A stretch of 64,000 nucleotides of DNA, taken from Podarcis vaucheri. Its lineage: Eukaryota. Each line of letters begins with the position of its first letter. The stretch's first letter is position 1. The translations under genes were made by a program, and so were the position numbers. Shown piece by piece: positions 11,404 to 24,098 of this stretch. The notes beneath the pieces were generated by a model, which saw only the letters and a program-made list of their open reading frames with translations, ran no database searches and had not been told where the DNA came from. The stretch is from assembly GCA_965113315.1 (NCBI GenBank), contig OZ220368.1. The stretch is one strand, 5' to 3'.

Positions 11404-14375
11404 TAAATGTTGGATACAACTCTAATATTGTTTCTGAAGGAGGAACTTCTGAAAAGTTCTGAGATACAGCAAATAACCCTCTGGAGAAGAAAGATCTCAA
11501 AATGTAACTCTGCATACTTGAGCCATAGCTTAACTCTTAAAATCTGTGTTGAATGCTACTCTTGGAATATGAGTCATAGTAAAAATAATAATAATTAAAT
11601 GACTTCAAATATATCCAGAGTGCTTTCCCTGAGTAACCTAAGCTCACCCTTACATATCTGGAGTGTGCGTCATGTTTTCCAGGTCCAGGCAGGCTCGACT
11701 GGTGGTGCCTCTCATTTTACAAATTAATCATAATTTCATCCAGTGTAAAACTATTTTTAAACTGAAGGCACCACCAAATGCTCAAGTATTAATCCGAAGC
11801 TATTTTAGTGGGATATTTTACAATATATTGGTATTATGTTTACATTTTTTTTTTACCATGCATTATAGCTACTTTTAAAATCATGAAGTTAAGAGCTCTC
11901 TGACTTAGTTTAGGAAATCAAAAAGAAGCAAATCATGCAGAACATGAACTATGATTAACCACTCAACAGCCTTTAAGCGAATTGAGACACCCACTGGGGC
12001 AGGGAGTTTAAGTCTTCATAATGTTCCTATTGACCTGCTTGCTGAGGAACTCCTGCAATATGCCTTCCACAGAATCCCTGCAGAGAGGATTTTGGGGTGC
12101 ATTTTAGGACATACAGGCAGGGGCAGATTTGGGGCTTTCAAATTTCAGCAGCGTCCTGTGCAACGCCAAAATTTGGTCCCCCCTGCCTCTCACCTTCCAT
12201 TCTAAGTCATTGTGGTGGCACCCTTGTGGCACCCTCTTGTCAAAGCACCCCCTAAATCCACCTCTGACACTGACCAGGTTTGCTTGATTTCAGCATCCAC
12301 TCATCTTTACTGCAAAGCACACCAGAACAAATTCAATTCTTTGCCGCAGTTATTAATTGCAGGGGAAGTTCATTAGCAATGAGCAGGCTGCCTCTCAGGG
12401 CATCTTCTCTGTCGGCTGATTTTATCACTGAGAAACCTCAGGGTTTCCCAGAACCATTTGAAAACCACTGCCCTAGGTGAATATCGGAGAATGGTTCTGA
12501 CCGTTAATGCCTTCTCATTAACGTCTCCACAGGCAGAGCTGAACTGAAATCCGATGCATAGAGCAGGATGCTGAAGATTATTCTGCTGTTTACTTCCCCT
12601 GCTTTTCTCTGACCATTTGTTCAGCACCTGAGAGTGGCTCTTCTTACTTCTCCTGCCTGCCTCCCTCTCTTCTCACCTCCTTGCCCCCCTTCACCCTCCT
12701 CTTTACTAGTACTTGCGTGTAGAGGTGCCTGTCTCAGCGCCAGCAGCACCCCCCTCTGTCCCTGGCCAGATGATGGATAATTCTGGATTGGGATGTTATT
12801 TTCTCAAATTGCCCACAAAGTCCCAGTATTTATCTTGTTTGAAGGAAGAAGAGGTATCATCTTTGCAACGCTGGAAGGTTAGCAATGTGTCTGGCACAGT
12901 CCTATTTATCTTTCCCTGCCTGGTAATTCACCCCTCAGAAGGCCAATCTGGCAGCACCTTCAAGGCAGCGAGAAGACAATGATGAAATTCTCCTGGGATG
13001 ACAGTTTGTATATCAACAGCTGGCAGCTGCAGGGAATCCAATGTACTCATTGGACCTCAGACAACCTCCTACCTATCACACAAGACAGATGGAGAGGAGT
13101 CAGTCTTCCTCCCCACCATGCACCTTGCTTCATCCTACCCAGTGCTACGATCTTTTTTAATTGATACCCCAAGGGAAGAGGGTGCCTTGTTTGGTCCAAC
13201 CAAGGGGAAAAGTGAATATTTGATATTAGATTCAACAATTGCTGCAGTGAATCCTCCTGAGTACATATGATATTTTCCTTCCTATGCTGAGATAACTCAG
13301 GATTCTTTTCCACTGAAATCAACGATACAGTGGCAACTAAAGTGAGAAAACAACTTGGTTTAGGTGTTTGTTCCACAGACTTAGTAAATGCCTCCGCTGC
13401 AAATGCCATCTCGTTTTAATCCAGTTTGACTAGCATGAATGTCAACTCTGGAAATGGTTGTTTTGGGATGGGAATCCCTGTTCTCAGGACTTCAAGGGAA
13501 GCCATGAAGATGAAGAAGGTTTAAAACTGGTTTAACACATATGGTGCCCATAGAGTCATAGAAGGAACGCAATAGATGATTTTACTATTATGTCCAACAT
13601 ATGTATATCTCCTGAACATTTTCTTGAAAAACCCTGGCAGACTATCTCATAGCCTCCCCAAGAGCAGCTTGCCGTTATAGTTAGGATGCTTTTCCTAAGG
13701 CAAAAATGGACTGGTCCCAGACCAAAGAAAGAAGAAACAGGTCTTGCTTGCCAAGGTGACCTCTCTTCTTCCCTTGTGAGCAAAGTGTGGTGCAGGACAC
13801 ACAAACAGGAGTGGGAACGGTAGGAGAATACAGTTTGTAGCTTCCCTGTCCTGTAGCCTTGGCTCTTAGAAATTGCACAGGAGGTCTGACATGCATCAGA
13901 TGAAATCCAACTGTAAACCTCGTTCTATGAGGCTCATAATAATAAAAATCAACAGAAACGAGGACATGGATTATTGGATTTGGAATATATACGGAGAGTC
14001 CTCTGAATGAACATGGAGCACACAAATAGATCAAGCCAGCAGTGACAGAACTGGTCACAAGGAGCCATCTATCCATCCATCACTATATCGCATGGTCTGA
14101 GCAATTACACAATAATCATAACACAGCAAATCAGGCTGAGTTGGGCCATTTTGAAAAGACACATCACCAGCACAGGATATGTTCTTTCCACCTGAACCCC
14201 CCCATCCCTTTTTAAGAAAAAATTCCATTTGGCATGCTTCATTTCTTCTTATTGCCTATCAAAATAAAGAGTTACTGTAAATGCTTTTGTCTGTGCTGAT
14301 TAGGGATAGCAGCAGGTTGTAATTGATTGGGGGGAAACAAGGAACCAAAAGGGATGCACACCATTCCCTCCCAGT

Positions 14376-14511
14376 TCTTATTTTATCTCACAACAGCAGC
14401 TGTCAGGCAGTGACTGGTTCAAGGTCACACACTGAGCTTCCTGGCTGAGTGGGATCTGAACCCTGGTTTCCCAGGTTCTGGTCAGACACTCTAGCCACTA
14501 TACCACACTGA
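14376..14511 (-). mobile_element. CORE (MIR-like) tRNA-derived SINE
   Basis: The minus strand reads cagtgtggtatagtggctagagtg (A box)...gggttcagatccc (B box)...gtgaccttgaaccagtcact (CORE). Confidence 0.75.
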
Positions 14512-15571
14512 TATAGCACACCCATATGTGCTTATATGACAGGCATAGCTGAATAAACATTGTTCTGTCCTCCCCCCCCAGTGGAAAAAAACCCACTTTG
14601 AGCCTAAGGAAAAGGAAGTTCTGTGAAACCCACCACACCTGGATTGGTTGTAAGTAAGAAGGCAAACAGGTGTAGGTTGACTGAAGACAGACTGAGACTG
14701 GAGGGGCGGTGCCCCAGTTGTCCAAATGGACAAGTTTACAGTGTTGGACTCGGCATAAGGCAGTTTATTAGTCCCCGTTTCCTTTTTCTCCCTCGTTTCT
14801 CCCCTCATTATTATTGCTTTGTTTTCTGTGACCTAATCCTTTTGGCGGAACCTCTCTTTATCCTCTCTTTTAAGTCCGTATCTTTGTACTGCCTTCAACT
14901 CAAGGGATCCTGGTTTTGATTGGATTAATCAAACTAGTCTCCCAAGGCCTCTAATGGCAAAGGGTCTCCGACTTTGGCCTTGTAACCACATTAAACATCA
15001 GAGTGTATACGATGCGCAGATATTCTCAGCCATCGTCAGATATGTCTGTCTTTGTTCTTCATGTTACATCTATGCCAACAGCAAGATTAAAGAGGCAATT
15101 CTGCACTTTTATTAGCTAAACACCCCAAATAAATGATCTGAGCAATGCCTGATTCCCAGAAGCAGCGTGTCAGCAAACTCCCCCCTCTTTCATCTGCGTA
15201 GATAAGTGCAAATAAAAGCAAAGGATGATTGGTGCTTAATACTCTCCCACTGTCTGTATTGCATTGTGGGGGGTCCTTCTAAGATCCATTAATGAAGCTG
15301 GGTGCAGCTCTGTTTTTGCCCTTGATGACTGGAGGGAGGCAGGGGGGTGTTTGTGGTTCAAGCACTCAGCTGGTTGCTTGTTGATTTGTCACTTGGTCTG
15401 TAACTAGCAGGGAACTAAACAGGAATGTATTGCAATGGCTTTGGTGAACAGCGCTGGGGCAGCCCCTGTAAGTTAAATTGCTTACTTTTAGGGGAGGGGA
15501 ACACACATTAATGGGGTCAATGGAAGAAAGGAGCCATTGGCTCATGCAACTTCTTACTCTTGCCATTCTCT

Positions 15572-15574
<3 letters not shown>

Positions 15575-15643
<69 letters not shown>
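15575..15643. repeat. (TC)n(AC)n compound microsatellite
   Basis: Read directly from the sequence. Confidence 0.95.
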
Positions 15644-15644
<1 letters not shown>

Positions 15645-16764
15645 TTGTACAAACAGCAGCATTGGGAATCAGTTATGTTCTGATTCTGGAACTAGATTTT
15701 ACAAGAGACACAACTAAGGCAAGAGTAGGAAACCTTTTTTTCAGCCCAAAGACCACATTCCCTTCTGGGGGCCACATGAGAGTGGTAGGTGGGGCCAGAG
15801 GCAAAAATGGGCAGAGCAATGACTAGAAAATCCACCTTTGTACAGTAGGCTAGTTTCTGCACAGATTTCCACACCCTTCTCCATCTGGGGAAGCAGGAGG
15901 CATTATCAGCACTCAATGAGATGTTCCAGCCAACATAGGGTTGCCATAGGTCTGGGGAAACCCGGACGTGTCCTCTTTTGGGAGAAGGCAACCTGTCCAT
16001 CTGGGCAGATTTTTATATTTTAAAGGTTCAGGTTTTTTGGCTGGCAGCAGCTTGGACTCAGGTGACTTGGGTTCAGTTTGCTCTGCATGCTGCGGCCACT
16101 GCCAGCCTGAGCTGGGGAAAGAGGCGTGCAGGTGTGGTGGTTGCGGCTCAGTCTGTCCTCTTTTTTGCTCTTCAAAGATATGGCAACCCTAAGCCAACAA
16201 CATCTGGATAGCCCCAGGAAGGGGAAGGCTGCCCAGTACTGTCTTCAGATGTTTCACAGATGTTTTACAAATCTGTGAAAAGTTCACTAAGTTAGGATTC
16301 CAATCTTACAGTAAGAGCCCTACTGTAAGACCTTTATCCTTCGGACAACTATTCTGTTTGTGTTGGTCATTTTTGTTACATGAGCACAACCCCAATGTTC
16401 TTGTATCAACTTTATCCTGCTGCCTGGTCATTTCACAATACCAAAAGATATTTAGCTTTTAACATTTTTATCCTTGCTGAGCCTTTGCATGGACTTACTA
16501 GGGAACTAGCCACGGCCACAGGACAATGCTTTGGTTCAATGATTTCCCTGCCCCTTCCCATTCTAATTATCTTTGTTTCCTCATCCTACACTCTACTTTT
16601 CTTCACCAAGTTTCAAAACAGACCACAGAAAAACTATTCCCCTTCAATAGGTTCCTCCCTTGTGAGACCTTCAAGAGACCCATGTAGACTGGGGATCTTG
16701 ACACGGAAAGTTTGCAGCAGACCATTCAGTTCCCAGGAAGCTCCAGTGTACTGACCACTGGCCT

Positions 16765-16932
16765 ACCAAGCAGACCACCAGAATCCCTTTCCCCACCCCT
16801 AGTCTACACTGACTGACAGTGGCTTTCCAGGGTTTCAGGTGGGAGTCTTTCTCAATCTTACCTGGAGCTGTCAGAGACTAGATCTGGGGTTTTCTGCATG
16901 CAACATGAATTGACTGCTGCTGAACTATGGCC
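16765..16932 (-). mobile_element. Degenerate tRNA-derived squamate SINE
   Basis: Reverse complement is similar to 3200-3349, with a 'gggccatagttcag' tRNA-like head. Confidence 0.5.
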
Positions 16933-18293
16933 CTATACATCCCAGAATAGCACTTCAGCAGGTGGGTTCCAAGCATTCCTTTAATTCCTTTTGCCTTCAC
17001 CACATTATTCTCCCCTCTTGCCCTTGTTGTTTTAGATCGTTTCTCTTTGTTTTTCTCCTGTCTATTCCACCCCCTGCTAGCTTTTCCTCCTCTTTAATTC
17101 CCTTTTCTCTTCCTGCTGCCAATTCCCTGCTTACCCATCAGGTGTATTGATCCTGGTATATAAAAACTTGCTTTTTATATGTGCTTTCAAGAACAACCTG
17201 TTTCTTCTTCCTTGTTTTATTCATCAAAGTCAAGTGGCTGCAGAGAGCAGTCTAAGTGAACTCTCCCACCCAGCCTTCTGCCCCATACCAAAGAGTTCTT
17301 GCTTTATTCTCTAAACTATCAGTTTATTGCACAGTGTGCCAGCCACTAGGAGCACTTGATTCTGTTATGCTTTCAAGGCTTGGAGAAGAGAGAGACTGAA
17401 ATCTCCCATTTCTGCCCCTGAATGAATGTGTTGCACTGTGGCGTGTTTTGGGTTGAAGGTGCTGCCCAAAAAATATTTCCTACCCAGCCAACCATTTAAC
17501 ATTCCCGTCAAATGCCAAGGGTTCATATATTGCAGATCTATAACTCTGAAAGCTGACACTATTGACTATGATGTAGTTGAATAGTTATCTGTATTCTTGT
17601 GGCAACTTGAGACAGACCATGATTGTACCAAAATAATATACTTCCCTTAAATATACTTCATTATCCATGTCCAGAGATAACTGTTGTTGTTTTTTGGCCT
17701 CCATTCTGAGGTGGGCTCAACACATGGCAACTGGGAGTGTGGAAAATCCCTTCTGTTAAGCATAGTCCAGCTGAAAAAAAGCACTAATGAGTCTCGTTTA
17801 TTGAAGTGGGAAGTTTAAGGAAGTACTTCAGTCTCTCCCATCGGAGACAGTGAGACTTAAGAATGCTTAGCTTTAGATGGATTGCAGCCTTGTGTGGTGA
17901 TGTCTCAATGAAGTAAAAACCAGAAGTATGGCAAGTGTGTGCGTGTGCGCGCACACACATGTGCGTATGATGTACTACAAATAATGCTGATCATTACTCA
18001 CCTTTTAGTGCATATATTTGATCTGCTTATTTCAGGAAGGTGGGCAGCAATTTGTGTGAGTTTTGAAACAGCCTTGGAACTATGTCAGTAGCATCAACAT
18101 TTTACCATGCACCAGGAAATGCACCTTCTGACTTTGCAGGAGTCTAGATATCAGCGTGCTGTTATTCCACGAGATCAACAGCTTTAACTTTAACCTTAGC
18201 ATTTCCTCTTAATCTGTCTTCATCTGTAGCTCTTATTTCCAGCGAGTTACTTGTTAGTAGGCAGTAGTAGTAGGCATTTACCTTATGTAAAAG

Positions 18294-18312
18294 TGCCACG
18301 AGAGGGCAGCAA
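18294..18312 (+). promoter_or_regulatory. Candidate CTCF site
   Basis: tgCCACGAGAGGGCAGCaa is close to the CCASYAGRKGGCRS consensus and lies in unique-looking sequence. Confidence 0.5.
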
Positions 18313-20961
18313 AGATTCACCCTCTCCAAGTGACGAAAGTTCTCTCAGTATAACTTTTATTAGAGACTGGGCCAGGTTAGCTCCCTCCTCACTTGACGCT
18401 GAGCTACACGTTTATGAAAGCCCTTGATAAAGAGTAACACAGAGTGACTAATTGATTGGCCCTGGACAGTCACTCCACGTGTTTTAAGATTATCCTCCCA
18501 GGGCCAAGGCAATAGATGCTCCACACTTGCTTAGCGTGGCCTTGAATCTGTGTGTTTAGCAAGAAGCTAGTTCACCTGGGCTGATAATATGTCAACTGAA
18601 ATTACCCTTGAGCGGCATTGTCATTATCAGAGGTATAGATCCAACATGGCCTTCAGCTGAGCACTCCACCAATGAAAAACATCTTAGGTCTGCCATGATG
18701 AGACCACATTAGCTAAACAAGATCTGTTCTCTTCTGTCATTTTGCAAACCTCAGTGAAATTGCTAAATCGACTAAACACATATTTATATCAAGATGTGAA
18801 TCAACTACCAGCTTATATTAAATCCCTGTACTGTCCAGCATAAGGTCAGCCTGAACAACTACAATTTCCAGGCCCATTGGTCAACGGAGTTAATTAAACC
18901 ATAACTCTTTTGGGTCATTAAGTATCCATATGTTTCTTGACTGCCAGGGGGAAACTAAAATATTGTACGCGGCTGATCATTCACAAAACCTTCCCCAAAC
19001 CAACTAGATCTGTATATGGAGAAACTGAGGAATGCAGTTCAGTCACAGGAGATGTTCAGTCACACCTGCTGCCTGGGGCTGATGGGAGTTGTCATCAGAA
19101 ACATCTGGAGAGCAGCAGGTTGGAGAGGGGTGGAGCTGACACTGCTGGCACTGTCATGAGACAGAGGAGGGGACAATCAGCTACCAAGGGGACCTGACTT
19201 CCTTGCAGTGGTGGCAACGACTTCTCCTCAGTAGTGAAGGGATGGTGTTGAAGGGTCTTCATTATGAACAGGGTCCTGGACAGATACCTGATGAGGCTGA
19301 TTCCTGAAGCAAGTCCTGGTTCCAGGAATAAGGAATCCCAAAAGAGAGCGAGCAAGAAGGGAACAAGCCTATGAGACAGCTTGACAATAATAGTCCGGAT
19401 GGACCACTGGATTGACTCAGGATATCCTTAATCCCAGACACAAAATTTTTTCCAAAGGTTTGGGCCTGCTTATGACATTCACACCTCTACCGAGACAAAC
19501 ACACAACTCTTCCAATTCCTTTATTCTTGAAATAATAGATTCCATCCCTCACCCCCTGCATAATTTCACCTACGACTGGCAAATAACCAGCAAACAAACT
19601 CCTTGCTATTATCGGTGTGAGCCACCCCCACGTTCTGCAGCAGCTGAAGCAGCAGGAGCAGCTTATAAATTTCCCCTCTCCCGTAATAAATACCTCTATT
19701 ACCAGCAACGCTTCTTACTCTCCCTGCCTGGCTGGGACCATCCCTCGCTCTTGCCTTGGCAGCTCTTTGCCTGGCAGGCAGACTTGATAAACTGCAGTCT
19801 TCATTTCCAGGAGGAAACAAACAGCTCGCATTGCCATACCATGCTACCCACCTTGACTTAGTATCATAGGATTGTAGAGTTGGAAGAGACTCCGAGGGTC
19901 ATCTAGTCCAACCCCCCAGCAAAGCACTGGACAAAGGTAGGATACCAACCAAGTTCATTTGCAGCAGCAGAGCCTGAAGATCCACCAGTGTGGAGGAACC
20001 ACAATGGTTGAGAAGCTGAACTGAGGGTCGGAGCTGGTCAGATCTCAGCCCTGTCACCCCTTCCCTGTTCCCTGGTGACAGCGTTCATTCCAGAAAATGA
20101 GTGAAACTTATACATTGCCACAGAAGTCAGTGGAGAGCCTCAAGTGACTGCTGCTCCCACTTCACTTCCAGTCAGCAGTACCGCCAGAAAAATAAATAAA
20201 TGGTAGGGGCCACAGAAAGGGCACAGAAAGGTGTGCATGCTGTATCCCCTATTTTAAGATTACTGAAAGAAATAAGAACTGTATGTGTTAAAGACAGGAA
20301 TCCAGTAGTGGCAGGACAAGTGGGGGTGAGCCCTTTATTTGGGGGGCACTTGCCCCCCCGATTCTCTCCCTGGGCACTGCCCATGTCTCCAGTGCCAGAG
20401 GGATAACAACTCTGCAGCTAATCACAACACGCCACCAGCAGCATATTGGAAAATCCAATCCAGGAGCATGCATCTCAAATAACATTACTGCTGCCTCATA
20501 CCTTGAGGGCTTGTAACATATGTGGGAACTTGTATATTCAACAATCCAGTTTTCTGTCTGATACTGGCCTGTAGCTCTTGTTTCATCTCTTAAGTGCTGC
20601 CTTGACGAAGTAACTTCCCAAGCCACAGTGCACCTTTTACCCTTCTGATTACATAATGTGGTATCACTAATTATTTACTCTAATCCTTAGTCAACTACCT
20701 TACACACAAACATCCTATTGCACTCCTTGATAAATGCCAGAAGGCTGCATCAAATGTTGGGCCTTCTCAGAATAGACTTAATGAATTAATGCGCATGACT
20801 AACTCAGGTTCATTCATTTCAGTGGGTCTACTCTGAGTAGGACTTGGTTAAACATAACCCCTCAGCCAGCTGAAGATCACTACAAATATTGTACAGAATT
20901 TTGTCCTTTGATGCTTTCTTTTTTATTCATAAAATGTATCAATATACATTGATACATATGC

Positions 20962-20962
<1 letters not shown>

Positions 20963-21015
<53 letters not shown>

Positions 21016-21032
21016 CATTATTATTATTATTA
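20963..21032. repeat. (TTA)n microsatellite
   Basis: Read directly from the sequence. Confidence 0.95.
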
Positions 21033-21035
21033 CCT

Positions 21036-21205
21036 CTGGTTCTTTTGGTGTTTCTGTTGTTTACCGCTTTAAAACATGTGTTGGGAAAAGGTCCAGTAAC
21101 AAGAAGCCGAAAGCACCAGCCTGAAGATGACGAGTGAGACCTCGTCGAAACGTCGCACAGACACCCCGACTCTTACACGGGAAGACACCCGAAGACACCA
21201 AAACC

Positions 21206-21208
<3 letters not shown>
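21036..21208 (+). mobile_element. Penelope-like element (PLE) pseudo-LTR fragment, Poseidon-like
   Basis: Contains ctgaagatgacgag...ctcgtcgaaacgtc followed by the 'acacgggaagacacccgaagacaccaaaacctgc' terminus and a (TA)n tail. The 5' 'ttttggtgt' is an inverted copy of the 3' 'acaccaaaa'. Confidence 0.75.
21119..21156 (+). ncRNA. Minimal type-I hammerhead ribozyme motif (PLE-borne)
   Basis: GC-CUGAAGA-U-GACGAG-(UGAGAC)-CUCGUC-GAAA-C-GUC/GC. The core is intact, helix II is a perfect 6 bp, helix III is the palindromic ACGU and helix I is only 2 bp. Predicted cut after 21154. Confidence 0.75.

Positions 21209-21255
<47 letters not shown>
21209..21255. repeat. (TA)n microsatellite (PLE tail)
   Basis: Read directly from the sequence. 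Confidence 0.95.
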
Positions 21256-21257
<2 letters not shown>

Positions 21258-21499
21258 AAAGCAAACCACCACCACACTCATTTACCGAAAAAAGCTTTTG
21301 GCACCCCTCCTCTCTGTTCAGAATAGATGGGAGGGTGGGCATCTCATCCTGATATCTGAGGAAATGGATGTATATTTAAGGTCGTGTGGTGAATGTAACA
21401 GAGGCTGAGTGAGCATAGCTTATCTTTTGTAAATCACTTTGAAGTTGTTGAGTTTTTTTTACAATCAACTGGTGAATAAATTTTATGAAAGAAACAGGA

Positions 21500-21536
21500 A
21501 AACAAACAAACAAACAAACAAACAAACAAACAAACA
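21500..21536. repeat. (AAAC)n microsatellite
   Basis: Read directly from the sequence. Confidence 0.9.
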
Positions 21537-23254
21537 GGAACTGAATGTGAAGAACAGTCTCTTCTGTATTGTGAATCTTTGAGAGAATATTTGCTGAGAC
21601 CCTTCATGGGCACCATAGGAAGTATTGGCAGCCACACTGGTGCTCAAAGGTGTCATGCTGGTGACCCCTCTCAGAAGGGATGGAGAACCTGTGGTTGGAG
21701 CAGCGATGCTGGTCTGAGAAAGATTCCTGCCTTGTAGAGGCTAGGCACGCCTATTTGGGCATGTAGTGAAATCCCTTTTGCTGCTGTTGCTCTTGTATGT
21801 TCTCTTCTTACCTCAACTTCAAGGAAGTTGTTCTCATTAGTAATAATGAGTTTTGTGCTCTCCTGCTGAAGGGGGATTTAACATAAAACTTCCCCATCAA
21901 AGGCTTGCCTATCAAACTGTGGCAGAGTTACAAGGAGGCCACCCACCGGGACAAGGCTATCAAGGTGTAGGTAGAAGGAAATGGATGTGCCTCCTGCTGT
22001 AATCCAAGTCCCCCTGAAGCTGAATTATTAATTCCATTTTCTTTGGGCAATAGTGCAGCTGTGGAGGGATGATACTTGCTAACGTCGGCTCATAAGGACA
22101 AGATGATGGCAAAAGCAGAAAGCCTCATTTACGGCTAAGCAGAATATTCTCAGTGACCTGCAAATTCCATGAATGTCATGAATACACAAGGGGTCCATTC
22201 AAATGCAGAGCATTCTTCTAATGTACAAACTCTCCCAGAGGTGTTCACTGCTAGGCCACTCGGAGGTCCACAGGTCATCCATCAGTATTTGTGCTTTCAG
22301 GGTTACATAACTTGTGATTGGCTAGACGGCTTGTCACATGTGCTACCCTTGCAGATTGAAGCGGATGGAGAGCAAGCTTCCATTTTTAGTAGGAATTGGC
22401 AAAGTGAATTGAAAGATGACAACATTGCTGAGGCAATTTATTCAAGGGTGCAGAGTAGGACAGGTTCGAGTATTTGTTGAAGGAAATTGCTACTCACATT
22501 TGATTCGCACAGCCAAAAAAACATTTGTTCCAGGTCCATTCTGCCCCCACATCTCATATTCATTTTGCCCTCACAGTATTTGAAACTGCTACACTGGAGG
22601 CCAGATACAAGAAATAGTGTCATTCCAAGAAGCCAGACGCCCAGGCCACTGATCTAGGGAAATAACTTTAATAGGAGCATCAAGTGATAATGGACCTCAA
22701 ACAATAATCCATTTTAGTTTGGGAAAGAGAAGTACCCTCAACTATTCTGCCTCTTTCTTAACATACCATCCGACCACTTGGTTGGATGGCCCTGCCTCAG
22801 TCCCTGCCCACTCTATACTTCCTGTTCATCTCTATTGCCTTTGTCTTTTCACTAGTCAAGTACACCTACACACTACTACCACCTTTACCAGGGAGACATC
22901 TGTATCCCAGTCTTCATGTTTATAGATTGTCTTTCTTCTGTTGATCCTGGTTTCAGCAAAGCAGAACCATTTCTGCTGGACCAGTAAATATTTAGAATGG
23001 CTAGCCAATGTTCTCCAGATGTTGGACTCCACCTCCCAACAGCCTTGATCAATATTGCCAATAATGAGAGTTAAAGGAGTCATAGTCCAACAGCACTGGG
23101 AGGGCACCACGTTGACTTAGAAGATACAACGCACAGAGCTACACACCAACCTTTGACATACATTCCCCTCCTCCCCAATTCTGACTTGAGCGAACCTCCC
23201 CTGAAAGTTAGTTTTTTGGATTGTGGAGGAAGAGATTTTGTCAGGAGAAAGATG

Positions 23255-23566
23255 CAGGGGTGTAGGAAGGGGTGTGTGTGGGGGGTGCGGTCCACCCTGG
23301 GTGTTATCCCTGAGGGGGTGACAAAATGGCCCTTACCACGGGGCCTGGCCTGCAGCACGCCTGAGCCACTCATCTCTCCTGGGAGTGGTGCGGTGGCTCG
23401 GGGCCCCACGCTGCCGTAAACGGCAGCATGGGTCTTGCGTCTGCCAGGCGGACTCCGTGGGCAGCTTGCTGTGCTGCCCCCCGGGGTGGATCATCATGCC
23501 ACCCCCCGTGTGCAGATCACCCCACCCCCGCTGCTCCGGGTGTCGGAGCAGCTAGCTACGCCCCTG
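23255..23566. mobile_element. GC-rich hAT MITE
   Basis: TIRs caggggtgtag / ctacgcccctg and a perfect 8-bp TSD gaaagatg (23247-23254, 23567-23574). Confidence 0.9.
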
Positions 23567-24028
23567 GAAAGATGAATGCATTTTAAGTTGTGAACATTTT
23601 GTTTTGCACTTTAACGTGAGCTGTATTATCAACACATGATTCCCCTTCCCTTTAAAGAAAAAAGAAGGCAAAATTGTGGGACCTGAAAGACTACCACCCT
23701 CTGAATGTACCACTTACTTATACCTAGGGATCTTCTTAGTAGTGCTCTTCCCAAGTGAGGCATTGTGGGTGGCTGTGTGGGGAGAGGTGGTCTTTTCAGT
23801 GCTGGCATCCAGTTATGGAACGATTTCCCAAGAAAGGGTCTCCAGGCACCTAAACTCCCTTGTCATTCCAGCACCAGGCAAATACATTTTTAATTCCCCA
23901 GACTGTTTAATTTATCCCCCCCCCCAACTTGTTCTTACTCTGTGGTATTTAATCTTTTATGCTGCACTGCATTATTGGGTTAAGTAGTCATTAAATTTTA
24001 ATTTCTTTTTACTCCTCTTTTGTCATAG

Positions 24029-24098
24029 GGTGGTGTCAGATAGCCATCTCTAACAGGACTGGAAGTCGTCAGAGCGTCTTTATTTCAGAGCAGCCATG
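24029..24098 (+). other. Candidate 70-nt exon ending in ATG
   Basis: Acceptor atttctttttactcctcttttgtcatAG and donor ATG|GTGAGT, with a Kozak-like gcagccATG at the exon end. No partner exons were identified. Confidence 0.35.

Noticed and set aside
14561-14997. Possible solo LTR (similar candidates at about 24976-25560, 36194-36660 and 55590-56010)
   Set aside because: The texture is LTR-like, but I could not find matching TG...CA ends with a TSD.
19971-20012. Hammerhead-like CUGAAGA-UCCAC/GUGGA-GGAA-CCA...UGGUU
   Set aside because: The essential GAAA is GGAA and helix I has only 1 bp, with no PLE context. Probably chance.
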